DNA of 64,000 nt from Nemertoderma westbladi (Eukaryota; Animalia; Xenacoelomorpha): positions 1-64,000 of the forward strand of contig JAUCBJ010008014.1 of NCBI GenBank assembly GCA_032718475.1, read 5' to 3'. Made by a program: the position numbers and the translations under genes. Of this stretch, positions 1 to 16,000 are shown in pieces. How positions within the stretch are numbered: position 1 is the stretch's first letter; each line of letters opens with the position of its first letter. The notes beneath the pieces were generated by a model, which was given only the letters and a program-made list of their open reading frames with translations, was not told the origin of the DNA and searched no databases.

Positions 1-240
1 TACTTACTTATTAAAGTACAATAAAGCCACTACTATATTTAAGTATTATTGGTAGGCAGAGTATTAGGAATGCAAAGTTCAGATCCTCGTGTCTCGGCTA
101 AACCAAGCTCTGGGTAGACCTTGGAAACGACTTGCCTCTTCTCACTGACATTGCTTCGTGCGATATTGCTCTCATACCGTATATTAAATAATACATATAG
201 TAGCGTGATGTCCCTTTAACAGTAGCGTATAACGCAAAAT

Positions 241-548
241 AAATCTGTTAAACCCTTTGACCATCTGTAATTCTAGTCGATTAAGATATCGCGGCACCCA
301 CCGATATACTTGAAAGACAAATTCTAGAATCAGTGGTTAACGTCCCCAGACAAGTTCTGGAATAAATCGGTGCCCATCTCAAATATTAATTATTTAATAT
401 TTGCAAATCTAATAAATCAAAATCTGTAAAATTCAGATCCTTCAACAATTCTAGTCAATTAAGATATCGTAGCATTTACCGATATTCTTAAAAAGACAAT
501 TTTCATAGAATTAAGGATCTTGTGTCCCCAGACATGTTCTAGAATCAA
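241..548. repeat. Degenerate two-copy direct repeat (~180-bp period)
   Basis: aaatctgt...aattctagtc.attaagatatcg...ccgatat...aaagacaa...gtccccagaca.gttct.gaat at ~241-365 and ~420-548. Confidence 0.7.
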
Positions 549-3500
549 AATATGTCAATTTAATTATCAAATAATAAAATTTCAGGGAATAAATTTAAAT
601 TCATGCCTTTTAATGAATTTAATAAATTGCCATTTTTACGCAATTTATAACATTCCCAAAATTCCATTAATTAATAGATCAAGGGAGCGGAGATTTATCT
701 TATTATGCGTATGAGTGTGCGAAAGTCTCCCAAACATAGTCAATAGCCGATAAAATTCATAAAGCCATGTATAAAACAGGACATTGACCATTAAAGAATT
801 ACTATTAAATAACATCCCAGATCTGTATGCATTGGAATTACCCTAATTCTACCGCTAGCTTTACATAATGTCACCATAGCAACAACCACGCTAGAATTAG
901 AATTGAGTTAAAAGAACAATAGAAAGCTTGTCCCATTGAATAGCATAGGGAATAAATAGCGCACTGCTAGTATCCAAGGATACATAATAATACAGTGACA
1001 TTCTGGAAGGCATTGACTAACGGACAAATGGCCCGAGTGTGTGTAATTTGTGGAAAGTTGTGTGTGTGGTATTTGTGAGTTTATAGGCGAATGTTACTAC
1101 TAAGGTGTGTTTACAGTAGCGAGTCGCAATTGTGAAAGTAACCCTAACTCTCCAGTAAGAACCTGAGGTGTATCTAAGCCTTTGGGACGGACAGTCGAGT
1201 GACTTGTGCCGGTAGTCGTTGTCGTTGTGCGGCTACGTCGTTGGCGAAAGTACAGCGGCGACGACACATCGGCGCTGAGGATCTCGCACTGTCCGGGGGC
1301 AGAGAGGGGTAGGCAGCGACGCCCGCTCGCCTAAATATAAACTCATTATAATATTGATAAACTCATATAGCAGATATGATTGAGTTGATAGAAGATGATC
1401 TTGGTATCAGGGAGTGATATACTCTACCTTTACAAGCGTTTGTTGATAGCTTAATACGCGGCGATGCTGGTCCAACTGCTGCGGAGGACGACGGTCGTTA
1501 TATCGAACCGCCAATGTCCCAAGAGCAGCTCGCGCGCGAGTTGGACTATAGAAAATTCGCAGCTCGATATACGCAGCGTAATGGTACATATATGGACTTC
1601 TTAACCATTGGCCATTCTATCGATTTACACGATACAGACTATGTCGAACATATCCTACCCAGAGGAGTCGAAACGATAAACCAAAATTCTAATGCGAAAA
1701 TCCTATTCGAAATCGACTCGAAAGAAAAGACATTAAAGAAACAAATAAACGCGGTAACTCCAACATATATTTGGAATTCTTGATAGAAGCATTGTAACAA
1801 CAAATAAATATCATCCGCGTTTCCCCTACCAGACGTGCGTCTTTGGTATTATTACGATAAATGCCCTAGACCCAGCCAATAAACGGAAAGACATAAACAT
1901 CCACGGAAACGTTGTGTTAAACACAGTTGTGCTCGTTATATTTACTGGAGTTTCGAGCGAAACTTGTTTGACGTATCACCTATGCTCACTCGGCTCAAAC
2001 GATCCTGGAGTAAACCTACGATCAGAGTCCCGGAATACTCGGTCAAACCTCCTCATTCCTTAGTTGGACCTCAGACCTGCGATCCTGGTGGTGTCGCGGA
2101 TCCTCGCGGACTGTATTCACTGTTCAAAGATCTAGTGCTACCCTAACAATTAATCGGTAACACTCCGACAGTGATTTCTAGCTAGCCGCCCATCTTACCT
2201 AGCCGGATTGTGACGCGGACACCTAATATCACTATCCAACCGTATGGTCGTTCCCGTTTAACGCAATACAACCCTTCATCAAGGTGAAGGAGAGCGTTGT
2301 ACGAAACGAGTTAAACGCTATTCTATAAAGATCAAAAAAGAAACCTGCGTTTGTACAGATAAACGTAAGTTATAACAGTAAGTCCAATCGATAAACGAAT
2401 TGGCCTTATCTCAGTTCGATTGGGAAATCTCGAATCTCTAAGAAGATATCAAGCTTAGAAAACCCTATTCTCTGCGAGAGTTTTGGACAAACGTATCCCA
2501 TGACAAGCGGAGGAAAATCAGCTCGAGGAGAAGCATATCGAAATGGACGAGACACCAACCGTAAACCCAAACCTTCTAATGCAATTGTATTGCACCCTTT
2601 ACCCAGGAGTTATAGCCTTTCTAGTAAAGTGGCTCGCCCCAAAGAGAAAAGGACTCTTGCTGGCCTCGGGAAACTGCGTGAACGCCGTCCGCGCAAGAAA
2701 AACTAACTGTTTAGAGTATCTTTACGTTTAAGAAACTGTGATTTTTATATTTTATAGACTGAAAATCCCATTTTCTGGGAGCGGTGTAAAAGCTTTTGCT
2801 GAATTGCCCGGTTATTTTTCCTTATTTTTCCCGTAAAATACTCTGTAGTTGGTTTAATAGGCGTAAGAGGCCGTATTATTGCTGTATCGGTGTTTTTAGA
2901 GGATCTAAGAGCTATTTCTTCCGTATGTGTACTGTGGAAGGCATAGTTGATGATTCTATGGCAATTCCGTGGCGCAAAAGGGGCTAGATACTCTTGAACA
3001 GTAGATACTATGACGACGGCTAACAGCTGATATTCATACGTGTCGATTTTCTTTGTTCTACGGCTTCTCTTAGTTCAGTCAACCAATCAGAGCGTTTTTA
3101 CGGCTCTTGTACAGAAATTTCCGAGAAATCACGTAATACATTATGGGCAGTGTTATCATTCTGTCTTGAGCCAGGAAGAACGGCTTTGGAATATTTTGTG
3201 CTGTTCTGCTTTTAGCCTAACACTAGTAGGCTTAATTATGAGGACATATATCCGTTATCACTGTGCAACTCAATACTTACCTACTAACCTAACTCAACTG
3301 GGTAACTCAATGGTTAACAACTTACTCAATGCTTGGCTGGTCTTGTCGTGCATACTTTTATAACGTTATACTGCTATTTACTGTCGATTATTCATTATAT
3401 GGTGATGAAATATTATATTGGAATAACGAGAAATAACCCCGAAACCCCAATATTCTTGATATACCGAAGGTAAGAGAGACAGGTTACATATAACGATTGT

Positions 3501-4032
3501 GACTTATGTTAAAGTGGTTTGAAGTGAATCTAATGTTATTTGATAGACCCTACATGAGTCGGTCTGTGTTCCTTTTATATGTGACTAAAATCAGTGAAGA
3601 TCGGCAGATTAGTGTGCAGTATTGTGCAGCGTTGTGTATGAGTGAGACTGATAACGAAGCATTTCCTAAAGAATGCGCCATATATGTGAATTGTAACTAA
3701 GCCATATCGTTGTGAGTAGTTTAAGTCATAACTCTGTTTATATAGATAGAGCGCCACGTCCTAAAGGAACTGTTAATATTCCCCGAAGGTGAATAATATT
3801 GTCAGAGATTATATAATACTGTCAGTCGAATAATACATTAGGCTTACATAGCAATAAGATTAAGCTGTCGAAGTCAATCTCCCGGGTATATCCAGCGGGT
3901 GAATGATCGCGCACAGATTGGTTTCAACTAGTGTAGTGAATCAAATACTTGTCAGAGGCTAAAAGCGATTTATTATCTAGAAGACATCCTAATTTGGCGG
4001 GTTAAACTGCCAAAGGTCTGAAAGCGCGAACA

Positions 4033-7000
4033 GCCTACCGATACAGTAAGTATATCGTGGTAGAGTAGAGTAGACACGACGAGACACCGCCTACCGATAC
4101 AGTAAGTATATCGTGGTAGAGTAGAGTAGACACGACGGGACACCGCATACCGGTACAGTAAGTATATCGTGGTAGAGTAGAGTAGACACGACGGGACACC
4201 GCCTACCGATACAGTAAGTATATCGTGGTAGAGTAGAGTAGACACGACGGGACACCGCATACCGGTACAGTAAGTATATCGTGGTAGAGTAGAGTAGACA
4301 CGACGGGACACCGCCTACCGATACAGTAAGTATATCGTGGTAGAGTAGAGTAGACACGACGAGACACCGCCTACCGATACAGTAAGTATATCGTGGTAGA
4401 GTAGAGTAGACACGACGGGACACCGCCTACCGATACAGTAAGTATATCGTGGTAGAGTAGAGTAGACATGACGGGACACCGCCTACCGATACAGTAAGTA
4501 TATCGTGGTAGAGTAGAGTAGACACGACGGGACACCGCCTACCGATACAGTAAGTATATCGTGGTAGAGTAGAGTAGACACGACGGGACACCGCCTACCG
4601 ATACAGTAAGTATATCTTGGTAGAGTAGAGTAGACACGACGGGACACCGCCTACCGATACAGTAAGTATATCGTGGTAGAGTAGAGTAGACACGACGAGA
4701 CACCGCCTACCGATACAGTAAGTATATCGTGGTAGAGTAGACACGACGAGACACCGCCTACCGATACAGTAAGTATATCGTGGTAGAGTAGAGTAGACAC
4801 GACGGGACACCGCATACCGGTACAGTAAGTATATCGTGGTAGAGTAGAGTAGACACGACGGGACACCACCTACCGATACAGTAAGTATATCGTGGTAGAG
4901 TAGACACGACGAGACACCGCCTACCGATACAGTAAGTATATCGTGGTAGAGTAGAGTAGACACGACGAGACACCGCCTACCGATACAGTAAGTATAACGT
5001 GGTAGAGTAGAGTAGACACGACGGGACACCGCCTACCGATACAGTAAGTATATCGTGGTAGAGTAGACACGACGGGACACCGACTACCGATACAGTAAGT
5101 ATATCGTGGTAGAGTAGAGTAGACACGACGGGACACCGCCTACCGGTACAGTAAGTATATAGTGGTAGAGTAGAGTAGAGTAGACACGACGAGACACCGC
5201 CTACCGATACAGTAAGTATATCGTGGTAGAGTAGAGTAGACACGACGGGACACCACCTACCGATACAGTAAGTATATCGTGGTAGAGTAGACACGACGAG
5301 ACACCGCCTACCGATACAGTAAGTATATCGTGGTAGAGTAGAGTAGACACGACGAGACACCGCCTACCGATACAGTAAGTATATCGTGGTAGAGAAGAGT
5401 AGACACGACGGGACACCGCGTACTGATACAGTAAGTATATCGTGGTAGAGTAGAGTAGACACGACGAGACACCGCCTACCGATACAGTAAGTATATCGTG
5501 GTAGAGTAGACACGACGGGACACCGACTACCGATACAGTAAGTATATCGTGGTAGAGTAGACACGACGGGACACCGACTACCGATACAGTAAGTATATCG
5601 TGGTAGAGTAGAGTAGACACGACGGGACACCGCCTACCGGTACAGTAAGTATATAGTGGTAGAGTAGAGTAGAGTAGACACGACGAGACACCGCCTACCG
5701 ATAAAGTAAGTATATCGTGGTAGAGTAGAGTAGACACGACGAGACACCGCCTACCGATACAGTAAGTATATCGTGGTAGAGTAGACACGACGGGACACCG
5801 ACTACCGATACAGTAAGTATATCGTGGTAGAGTAGAGTAGACACGACGGGACACCGCCTACCGGTACAGTAAGTATATAGTGGTAGAGTAGAGTAGAGTA
5901 GACACGACGAGACACCGCCTACCGATAAAGTAAGTATATCGTGGTAGAGTAGAGTAGACACGACGAGACACCGCCTACCGATACAGTAAGTATATCGTGG
6001 TAGAGTAGACACGACGGGACACCGACTACCGATACAGTAAGTATATCGTGGTAGAGTAGAGTAGACACGACGGGACACCGCCTACCGGTACAGTAAGTAT
6101 ATAGTGGTAGAGTAGAGTAGAGTAGACACGACGAGACACCGCCTACCGATACAGTAAGTATATCGTGGTAGAGTAGAGTAGACACGACGAGACACCGCCT
6201 ACCGATACAGTAAGTATATCGTGGTAGAGTAGAGTAGACACGACGGGACACCACCTACCGATACAGTAAGTATATCGTGGTAGAGTAGACACGACGAGAC
6301 ACCGCCTACCGATACAGTAAGTATATCGTGGTAGAGTAGAGTAGACACGACGAGACACCGCCTACCGATAAAGTAAGTATATCGTGGTAGAGTAGAGTAG
6401 ACACGACGAGACACCGCCTACCGATACAGTAAGTATATCGTGGGTAGAGTAGACACGACGGGACACCGCCTACCGGTACAGTAAGTATATAGTGGTAGAG
6501 TAGAGTAGAGTAGACACGACGAGACACCGCCTACCGATACAGTAAGTATATCGTGGTAGAGTAGAGTAGACACGACGGGACACCACCTACCGATACAGTA
6601 AGTATATCGTGGTAGAGTAGACACGACGAGACACCGCCTACCGATACAGTAAGTATATCGTGGTAGAGTAGAGTAGACACGACGAGACACCGCCTACCGA
6701 TACAGTAAGTATATCGTGGTAGAGAAGAGTAGACACGACGGGACACCGCGTACTGATACAGTAAGTATATCGTGGTAGAGTAGAGTAGACACGACGAGAC
6801 ACCGCCTACCGATACAGTAAGTATATCGTGGTAGAGTAGACACGACGGGACACCGACTACCGATACAGTAAGTATATCGTGGTAGAGTAGACACGACGGG
6901 ACACCGACTACCGATACAGTAAGTATATCGTGGTAGAGTAGAGTAGACACGACGGGACACCGCCTACCGGTACAGTAAGTATATAGTGGTAGAGTAGAGT

Positions 7001-10000
7001 AGAGTAGACACGACGAGACACCGCCTACCGATAAAGTAAGTATATCGTGGTAGAGTAGAGTAGACACGACGAGACACCGCCTACCGATACAGTAAGTATA
7101 TCTTGGTAGAGTAGAGTAGACACGACGGGACACCGCCTACCGATACAGTAAGTATATCGTGGTAGAGTAGAGTAGACACGACGAGACACCGCCTACCGAT
7201 ACAGTAAGTATATCGTGGTAGAGTAGACACGACGAGACACCGCCTACCGATACAGTAAGTATATCGTGGTAGAGTAGAGTAGACACGACGGGACACCGCA
7301 TACCGGTACAGTAAGTATATCGTGGTAGAGTAGAGTAGACACGACGGGACACCACCTACCGATACAGTAAGTATATCGTGGTAGAGTAGACACGACGAGA
7401 CACCGCCTACCGATACAGTAAGTATATCGTGGTAGAGTAGAGTAGACACGACGAGACACCGCCTACCGATACAGTAAGTATAACGTGGTAGAGTAGAGTA
7501 GACACGACGGGACACCGCCTACCGATACAGTAAGTATATCGTGGTAGAGTAGACACGACGGGACACCGACTACCGATACAGTAAGTATATCGTGGTAGAG
7601 TAGAGTAGACACGACGGGACACCGCCTACCGGTACAGTAAGTATATAGTGGTAGAGTAGAGTAGAGTAGACACGACGAGACACCGCCTACCGATACAGTA
7701 AGTATATCGTGGTAGAGTAGAGTAGACACGACGGGACACCACCTACCGATACAGTAAGTATATCGTGGTAGAGTAGACACGACGAGACACCGCCTACCGA
7801 TACAGTAAGTATATCGTGGTAGAGTAGAGTAGACACGACGAGACACCGCCTACCGATACAGTAAGTATATCGTGGTAGAGAAGAGTAGACACGACGGGAC
7901 ACCGCGTACTGATACAGTAAGTATATCGTGGTAGAGTAGAGTAGACACGACGAGACACCGCCTACCGATACAGTAAGTATATCTGTGGTAGAGTAGACAC
8001 GACGGGACACCGACTACCGATACAGTAAGTATATCGTGGTAGAGTAGACACGACGGGACACCGACTACCGATACAGTAAGTATATCGTGGTAGAGTAGAG
8101 TAGACACGACGGGACACCGCCTACCGGTACAGTAAGTATATAGTGGTAGAGTAGAGTAGAGTAGACACGACGAGACACCGCCTACCGATAAAGTAAGTAT
8201 ATCGTGGTAGAGTAGAGTAGACACGACGAGACACCGCCTACCGATACAGTAAGTATATCGTGGTAGAGTAGACACGACGGGACACCGACTACCGATACAG
8301 TAAGTATATCGTGGTAGAGTAGAGTAGACACGACGGGACACCGCCTACCGGTACAGTAAGTATATAGTGGTAGAGTAGAGTAGAGTAGACACGACGAGAC
8401 ACCGCCTACCGATAAAGTAAGTATATCGTGGTAGAGTAGAGTAGACACGACGAGACACCGCCTACCGATACAGTAAGTATATCGTGGTAGAGTAGACACG
8501 ACGGGACACCGACTACCGATACAGTAAGTATATCGTGGTAGAGTAGAGTAGACACGACGGGACACCGCCTACCGGTACAGTAAGTATATAGTGGTAGAGT
8601 AGAGTAGAGTAGACACGACGAGACACCGCCTACCGATACAGTAAGTATATCGTGGTAGAGTAGAGTAGACACGACGAGACACCGCCTACCGATACAGTAA
8701 GTATATCGTGGTAGAGTAGAGTAGACACGACGGGACACCACCTACCGATACAGTAAGTATATCGTGGTAGAGTAGACACGACGAGACACCGCCTACCGAT
8801 ACAGTAAGTATATCGTGGTAGAGTAGAGTAGACACGACGAGACACCGCCTACCGATAAAGTAAGTATATCGTGGTAGAGTAGAGTAGACACGACGAGACA
8901 CCGCCTACCGATACAGTAAGTATATCGTGGTAGAGTAGAGTAGACACGACGGGACACCGCCTACCGATACAGTAAGTATATCGTGGTAGAGTAGAGTAGA
9001 CACGACGGGACACCACCTACCGATACAGTAAGTATATCGTGGTAGAGTAGACACGACGAGACACCGCCTACCGATACAGTAAGTATATCGTGGTAGAGTA
9101 GAGTAGACACGACGAGACACCGCCTACCGATAAAGTAAGTATATCGTGGTAGAGTAGAGTAGACACGACGAGACACCGCCTACCGATACAGTAAGTATAT
9201 CGTGGTAGAGTAGAGTAGACACGACGGGACACCACCTACCGATACAGTAAGTATATCGTGGTAGAGTAGACACGACGAGACACCGCCTACCGATACAGTA
9301 AGTATATCGTGGTAGAGTAGAGTAGACACGACGAGACACCGCCTACCGATACAGTAAGTATATCGTGGTAGAGAAGAGTAGACACGACGGGACACCGCGT
9401 ACTGATACAGTAAGTATATCGTGGTAGAGTAGAGTAGACACGACGAGACACCGCCTACCGATACAGTAAGTATATCGTGGTAGAGTAGACACGACGGGAC
9501 ACCGACTACCGATACAGTAAGTATATCGTGGTAGAGTAGACACGACGGGACACCGACTACCGATACAGTAAGTATATCGTGGTAGAGTAGAGTAGACACG
9601 ACGGGACACCGCCTACCGGTACAGTAAGTATATAGTGGTAGAGTAGAGTAGAGTAGACACGACGAGACACCGCCTACCGATAAAGTAAGTATATCGTGGT
9701 AGAGTAGAGTAGACACGACGAGACACCGCCTACCGATACAGTAAGTATATCTTGGTAGAGTAGAGTAGACACGACGGGACACCGCCTACCGATACAGTAA
9801 GTATATCGTGGTAGAGTAGAGTAGACACGACGAGACACCGCCTACCGATACAGTAAGTATATCGTGGTAGAGTAGACACGACGAGACACCGCCTACCGAT
9901 ACAGTAAGTATATCGTGGTAGAGTAGAGTAGACACGACGGGACACCGCATACCGGTACAGTAAGTATATCGTGGTAGAGTAGAGTAGACACGACGGGACA

Positions 10001-13000
10001 CCACCTACCGATACAGTAAGTATATCGTGGTAGAGTAGACACGACGAGACACCGCCTACCGATACAGTAAGTATATCGTGGTAGAGTAGAGTAGACACGA
10101 CGAGACACCGCCTACCGATACAGTAAGTATAACGTGGTAGAGTAGAGTAGACACGACGGGACACCGCCTACCGATACAGTAAGTATATCGTGGTAGAGTA
10201 GACACGACGGGACACCGACTACCGATACAGTAAGTATATCGTGGTAGAGTAGAGTAGACACGACGGGACACCGCCTACCGGTACAGTAAGTATATAGTGG
10301 TAGAGTAGAGTAGAGTAGACACGACGAGACACCGCCTACCGATACAGTAAGTATATCGTGGTAGAGTAGAGTAGACACGACGGGACACCACCTACCGATA
10401 CAGTAAGTATATCGTGGTAGAGTAGACACGACGAGACACCGCCTACCGATACAGTAAGTATATCGTGGTAGAGTAGAGTAGACACGACGAGACACCGCCT
10501 ACCGATACAGTAAGTATATCGTGGTAGAGAAGAGTAGACACGACGGGACACCGCGTACTGATACAGTAAGTATATCGTGGTAGAGTAGAGTAGACACGAC
10601 GAGACACCGCCTACCGATACAGTAAGTATATCGTGGTAGAGTAGACACGACGGGACACCGACTACCGATACAGTAAGTATATCGTGGTAGAGTAGACACG
10701 ACGGGACACCGACTACCGATACAGTAAGTATATCGTGGTAGAGTAGAGTAGACACGACGGGACACCACCTACCGGTACAGTAAGTATATAGTGGTAGAGT
10801 AGAGTAGAGTAGACACGACGAGACACCGCCTACCGATAAAGTAAGTATATCGTGGTAGAGTAGAGTAGACACGACGAGACACCGCCTACCGATACAGTAA
10901 GTATATCGTGGTAGAGTAGACACGACGGGACACCGACTACCGATACAGTAAGTATATCGTGGTAGAGTAGAGTAGACACGACGGGACACCGCCTACCGGT
11001 ACAGTAAGTATATAGTGGTAGAGTAGAGTAGAGTAGACACGACGAGACACCGCCTACCGATAAAGTAAGTATATCGTGGTAGAGTAGAGTAGACACGACG
11101 AGACACCGCCTACCGATACAGTAAGTATATCGTGGTAGAGTAGACACGACGGGACACCGACTACCGATACAGTAAGTATATCGTGGTAGAGTAGAGTAGA
11201 CACGACGGGACACCGCCTACCGGTACAGTAAGTATATAGTGGTAGAGTAGAGTAGAGTAGACACGACGAGACACCGCCTACCGATACAGTAAGTATATCG
11301 TGGTAGAGTAGAGTAGACACGACGAGACACCGCCTACCGATACAGTAAGTATATCGTGGTAGAGTAGAGTAGACACGACGGGACACCACCTACCGATACA
11401 GTAAGTATATCGTGGTAGAGTAGACACGACGAGACACCGCCTACCGATACAGTAAGTATATCGTGGTAGAGTAGAGTAGACACGACGAGACACCGCCTAC
11501 CGATACAGTAAGTATATCGTGGTGGAGTAGAGTAGACACGACGAGACACCGCCTACCGATAAAGTAAGTATATCGTGGTAGAGTAGAGTAGACACGACGA
11601 GACACCGCCTACCGATACAGTAAGTATATCGTGGTAGAGTAGAGTAGACACGACGGGACACCGCCTACCGGTACAGTAAGTATATAGTGGTAGAGTAGAG
11701 TAGAGTAGACACGACGAGACACCGCCTACCGATACAGTAAGTATATCGTGGTAGAGTGGAGTAGACACGACGGGACACCACCTACCGATACAGTAAGTAT
11801 ATCGTGGTAGAGTAGACACGACGAGACACCGCCTACCGATACAGTAAGTATATCGTGGTAGAGTAGAGTAGACACGACGAGACACCGCCTACCGATACAG
11901 TAAGTATATCGTGGTAGAGAAGAGTAGACACGACGGGACACCGCGTACTGATACAGTAAGTATATCGTGGTAGAGTAGAGTAGACACGACGAGACACCGC
12001 CTACCGATACAGTAAGTATATCGTGGTAGAGTAGACACGACGGGACACCGACTACCGATACAGTAAGTATATCGTGGTAGAGTAGACACGACGGGACACC
12101 GACTACCGATACAGTAAGTATATCGTGGTAGAGTAGAGTAGACACGACGGGACACCGCCTACCGGTACAGTAAGTATATAGTGGTAGAGTAGAGTAGAGT
12201 AGACACGACGAGACACCGCCTACCGATAAAGTAAGTATATCGTGGTAGAGTAGAGTAGACACGACGAGACACCGCCTACCGATACAGTAAGTATATCGTG
12301 GTAGAGTAGACACGACGGGACACCGACTACCGATACAGTAAGTATATCGTGGTAGAGTAGAGTAGACACGACGGGACACCGCCTACCGGTACAGTAAGTA
12401 TATAGTGGTAGAGTAGAGTAGAGTAGACACGACGAGACACCGCCTACCGATAAAGTAAGTATATCGTGGTAGAGTAGAGTAGACACGACGAGACACCGCC
12501 TACCGATACAGTAAGTATATCGTGGTAGAGTAGACACGACGGGACACCGACTACCGATACAGTAAGTATATCGTGGTAGAGTAGAGTAGACACGACGGGA
12601 CACCGCCTACCGGTACAGTAAGTATATAGTGGTAGAGTAGAGTAGAGTAGACACGACGAGACACCGCCTACCGATACAGTAAGTATATCGTGGTAGAGTA
12701 GAGTAGACACGACGAGACACCGCCTACCGATACAGTAAGTATATCGTGGTAGAGTAGAGTAGACACGACGGGACACCACCTACCGATACAGTAAGTATAT
12801 CGTGGTAGAGTAGACACGACGAGACACCGCCTACCGATACAGTAAGTATATCGTGGTAGAGTAGAGTAGACACGACGAGACACCGCCTACCGATACAGTA
12901 AGTATATCGTGGTGGAGTAGAGTAGACACGACAAGACACCGCCTACCGATACAGTAAGTATATCGTGGTAGAGTAGAGTAGACACGACGGGACACCGCCT

Positions 13001-16000
13001 ACCGATACAGTAAGTATATCGTGGTAGAGTAGAGTAGACACGACGAGACACCGCCTACCAATACAGTAAGTATATCGTGGTAGAGTAGACACGACGAGAC
13101 GCCGCCTACCGATACAGTAAGTATATCGTGGTAGAGTAGAGTAGACACGACGAGACACCGCCTACCGATAAAGTAAGTATATCGTGGTAGAGTAGAGTAG
13201 ACACGACGAGACACCGCCTACCGATACAGTAAGTATATCGTGGTAGAGTAGACACAACGGGACACCGCCTACCGATACAGTAAGTATATCGTGGTAGAGT
13301 AGAGTAGACACGACGGGACACTGCCTACCGATACAGTAAGTATATCGTGGTAGAGTAGAGTAGACACGACGAGACACCGCCTACCGATACAGAAAGTATA
13401 TCGTGGTAGAGTAGAGTAGACACGACGGGACACCGCCTACCGATACAGTAAGTATATCGTGGTAGAGTAGAGTAGACTCGACGGGACACCGCCTACCGAT
13501 ACAGTAAGTATATCGTGGTAGAGTAGAGTAGACACGACGGGACACCGCCTACCGATACAGTTAGTATATCGTGGTAGAGTAGAGTAGACACGACGAGACA
13601 CCGCCTACCGATACAGAAAGTATATCGTGGTAGAGTAGACACGACGGGACACCGCCTACCGATACAGTAAGTATATCGTGGTAGAGTAGAGTAGACACGA
13701 CGGGACACAGCCTACCGATACAGTAAGTATATCGTGGTAGAGTAGAGTAGACACGACGAGACACCGCCTACCGATACAGTACGTATATCGTGGTAGAGTA
13801 GACACAACGGGACACCGCCTACCGATACAGTAAGTATATCGTGGTAGAGTAGAGTAGACACGACGGGACACCGCCTACCGATACAGTAAGTATATCGTGG
13901 TAGAGTAGAGTAGACACGACGGGACACCGCCTACCGATACAGTAAGTATATCGTGGTAGAGTAGAGTAGACACGACGGGACACCACCTACCGATACAGTT
14001 AGTATATCGTGGTAGAGTAGAGTAGACACGACGAGACACCGCCTACCGGTACAGTAAGTATATCGTGGTAGAGTAGACACGACGGGACACCGCCTACCGA
14101 TACAGTAAGTATATCGTGGTAGAGTAGAGTAGACACGACGGGACACCGCCTACCGATACAGTAAGTATATCTTGGTAGAGTAGAGTAGACACGACGGGAC
14201 ACCGCCTACCGATACAGTAAGTATATCGTGGTAGAGTAGAGTAGACACGACGAGACACCGCCTACCGATACAGTAAGTATATCGTGGTAGAGTAGAGTAG
14301 ACACGACGGGACACCGCCTACCGATACAGTAAGTATATCGTGGTAGAGTAGAGTAGACACGACGGGACACCGCCTACCGATACAGTAAGTATATCGTGGT
14401 AGAGTAGAGTAGACACGACGAGACACCGCCTACCGATACAGTAAGTATATCGTGGTAGAGTAGAGTAGACACGACGGGACACCGCCTACCGATACAGTAA
14501 GTATATCGTGGTAGAGTAGAGTAGACACGACGGGACACCGCCTACCGATACAGTAAGTATATCGTGGTAGAGTAGAGTAGACACGACAAGACACCGCCTA
14601 CCGATACAGTACGTATATCGTGGTAGAGTAGAGTAGACACGACGGGACACCGCCTACCGATACAGTAAGTATATCGTGGTAGAGTAGAGTAGACACGACG
14701 GGACACCACCTACCGATACAGTTAGTATATCGTGGTAGAGTAGAGTAGACACGACGAGACACCGCCTACCGGTACAGTAAGTATATCGTGGTAGAGTAGA
14801 CACGACGGGACACCGCCTACCGATACAGTAAGTATATCGTGGTAGAGTAGAGTAGACACGACGGGACACCGCCTACCGATACAGTAAGTATATCTTGGTA
14901 GAGTAGAGTAGACACGACGGGACACCGCCTACCGATACAGTAAGTATATCGTGGTAGAGTAGAGTAGACACGACGAGACACCGCCTACCTATACAGTAAG
15001 TATATCGTGGTAGAGTAGAGTAGACACGACGGGACACCGCCTACCGATACAGTAAGTATATCGTGGTAGAGTAGAGTAGACACGACGGGACACCGCCTAC
15101 CGATACAGTAAGTATATCGTGGTAGAGTAGAGTAGACACGACGAGACACCGCCTACCGATACAGTAAGTATATCGTGGTAGAGTAGAGTAGACACGACGG
15201 GACACCGCCTACCGATACAGTAAGTATATCGTGGTAGAGTAGAGTAGACACGACGGGACACCGCCTACCGATACAGTAAGTATATCGTGGTAGAGTAGAG
15301 TAGACACGACGGGGCACCGCCTACCGATACAGTAAGTATATCGTGGTAGAGTAGAGTAGTCACGACGGGACACCGCCTACCGATACAGTAAGTATATCGT
15401 GGTAGAGTAGAGTAGACACGACGAGACACCGCCTACCGATACAGTAAGTATATCGTGGTAGAGTAGAGTAGACACGACGGGACACCGCCTACCGATACAG
15501 TAAGTATATCGTGGTAGAGTAGAGTAGACACGACGGGACACCGCCTACCGATACAGTAAGTATATCGTGGTAGAGTAGAGTAGACACGACGGGGCACCGC
15601 CTACCGATACAGTAAGTATATCGTGGTAGAGTAGAGTAGACACGACGGGACACCGCCTACCGATACAGTAAGTATATCGTGGTAGAGTAGAGTAGACACG
15701 ACGAGACGCCGCCTACCGATACAGTAAGTATATCGTGGTAGAGTAGAGTAGACACGACGGGACACCGCCTACCGATACAGTAAGTATATCGTGGTAGAGT
15801 AGACACGACGGGACACCGCCTACCGATACAGTAAGTATATCGTGGTAGAGTAGAGTAGACACGACGAGACACCGCCTACCGATACAGTAAGTATATCGTG
15901 GTAGAGTAGAGTAGACACGACGGGACACCGCCTACCGATACAGTAAGTATATCGTGGTAGAGTAGAGTAGACACGACGAGACACCGCCTACCGATACAGT

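Noticed and set aside
520-3757. Short ORFs and a PBS-like TGGTATCAG at 1402 suggesting an LTR element
   Set aside because: No recognisable gag/pol motifs, no TG..CA LTR pair, and the PBS-like motif is not preceded by CA. It may be a decayed repeat but cannot be assigned.
4006-4045. FN3-like peptide TAKGLKARTAYRY before the first GTAAGT
   Set aside because: There is an in-frame TAA immediately upstream and no suitable acceptor. It is too short to be meaningful.
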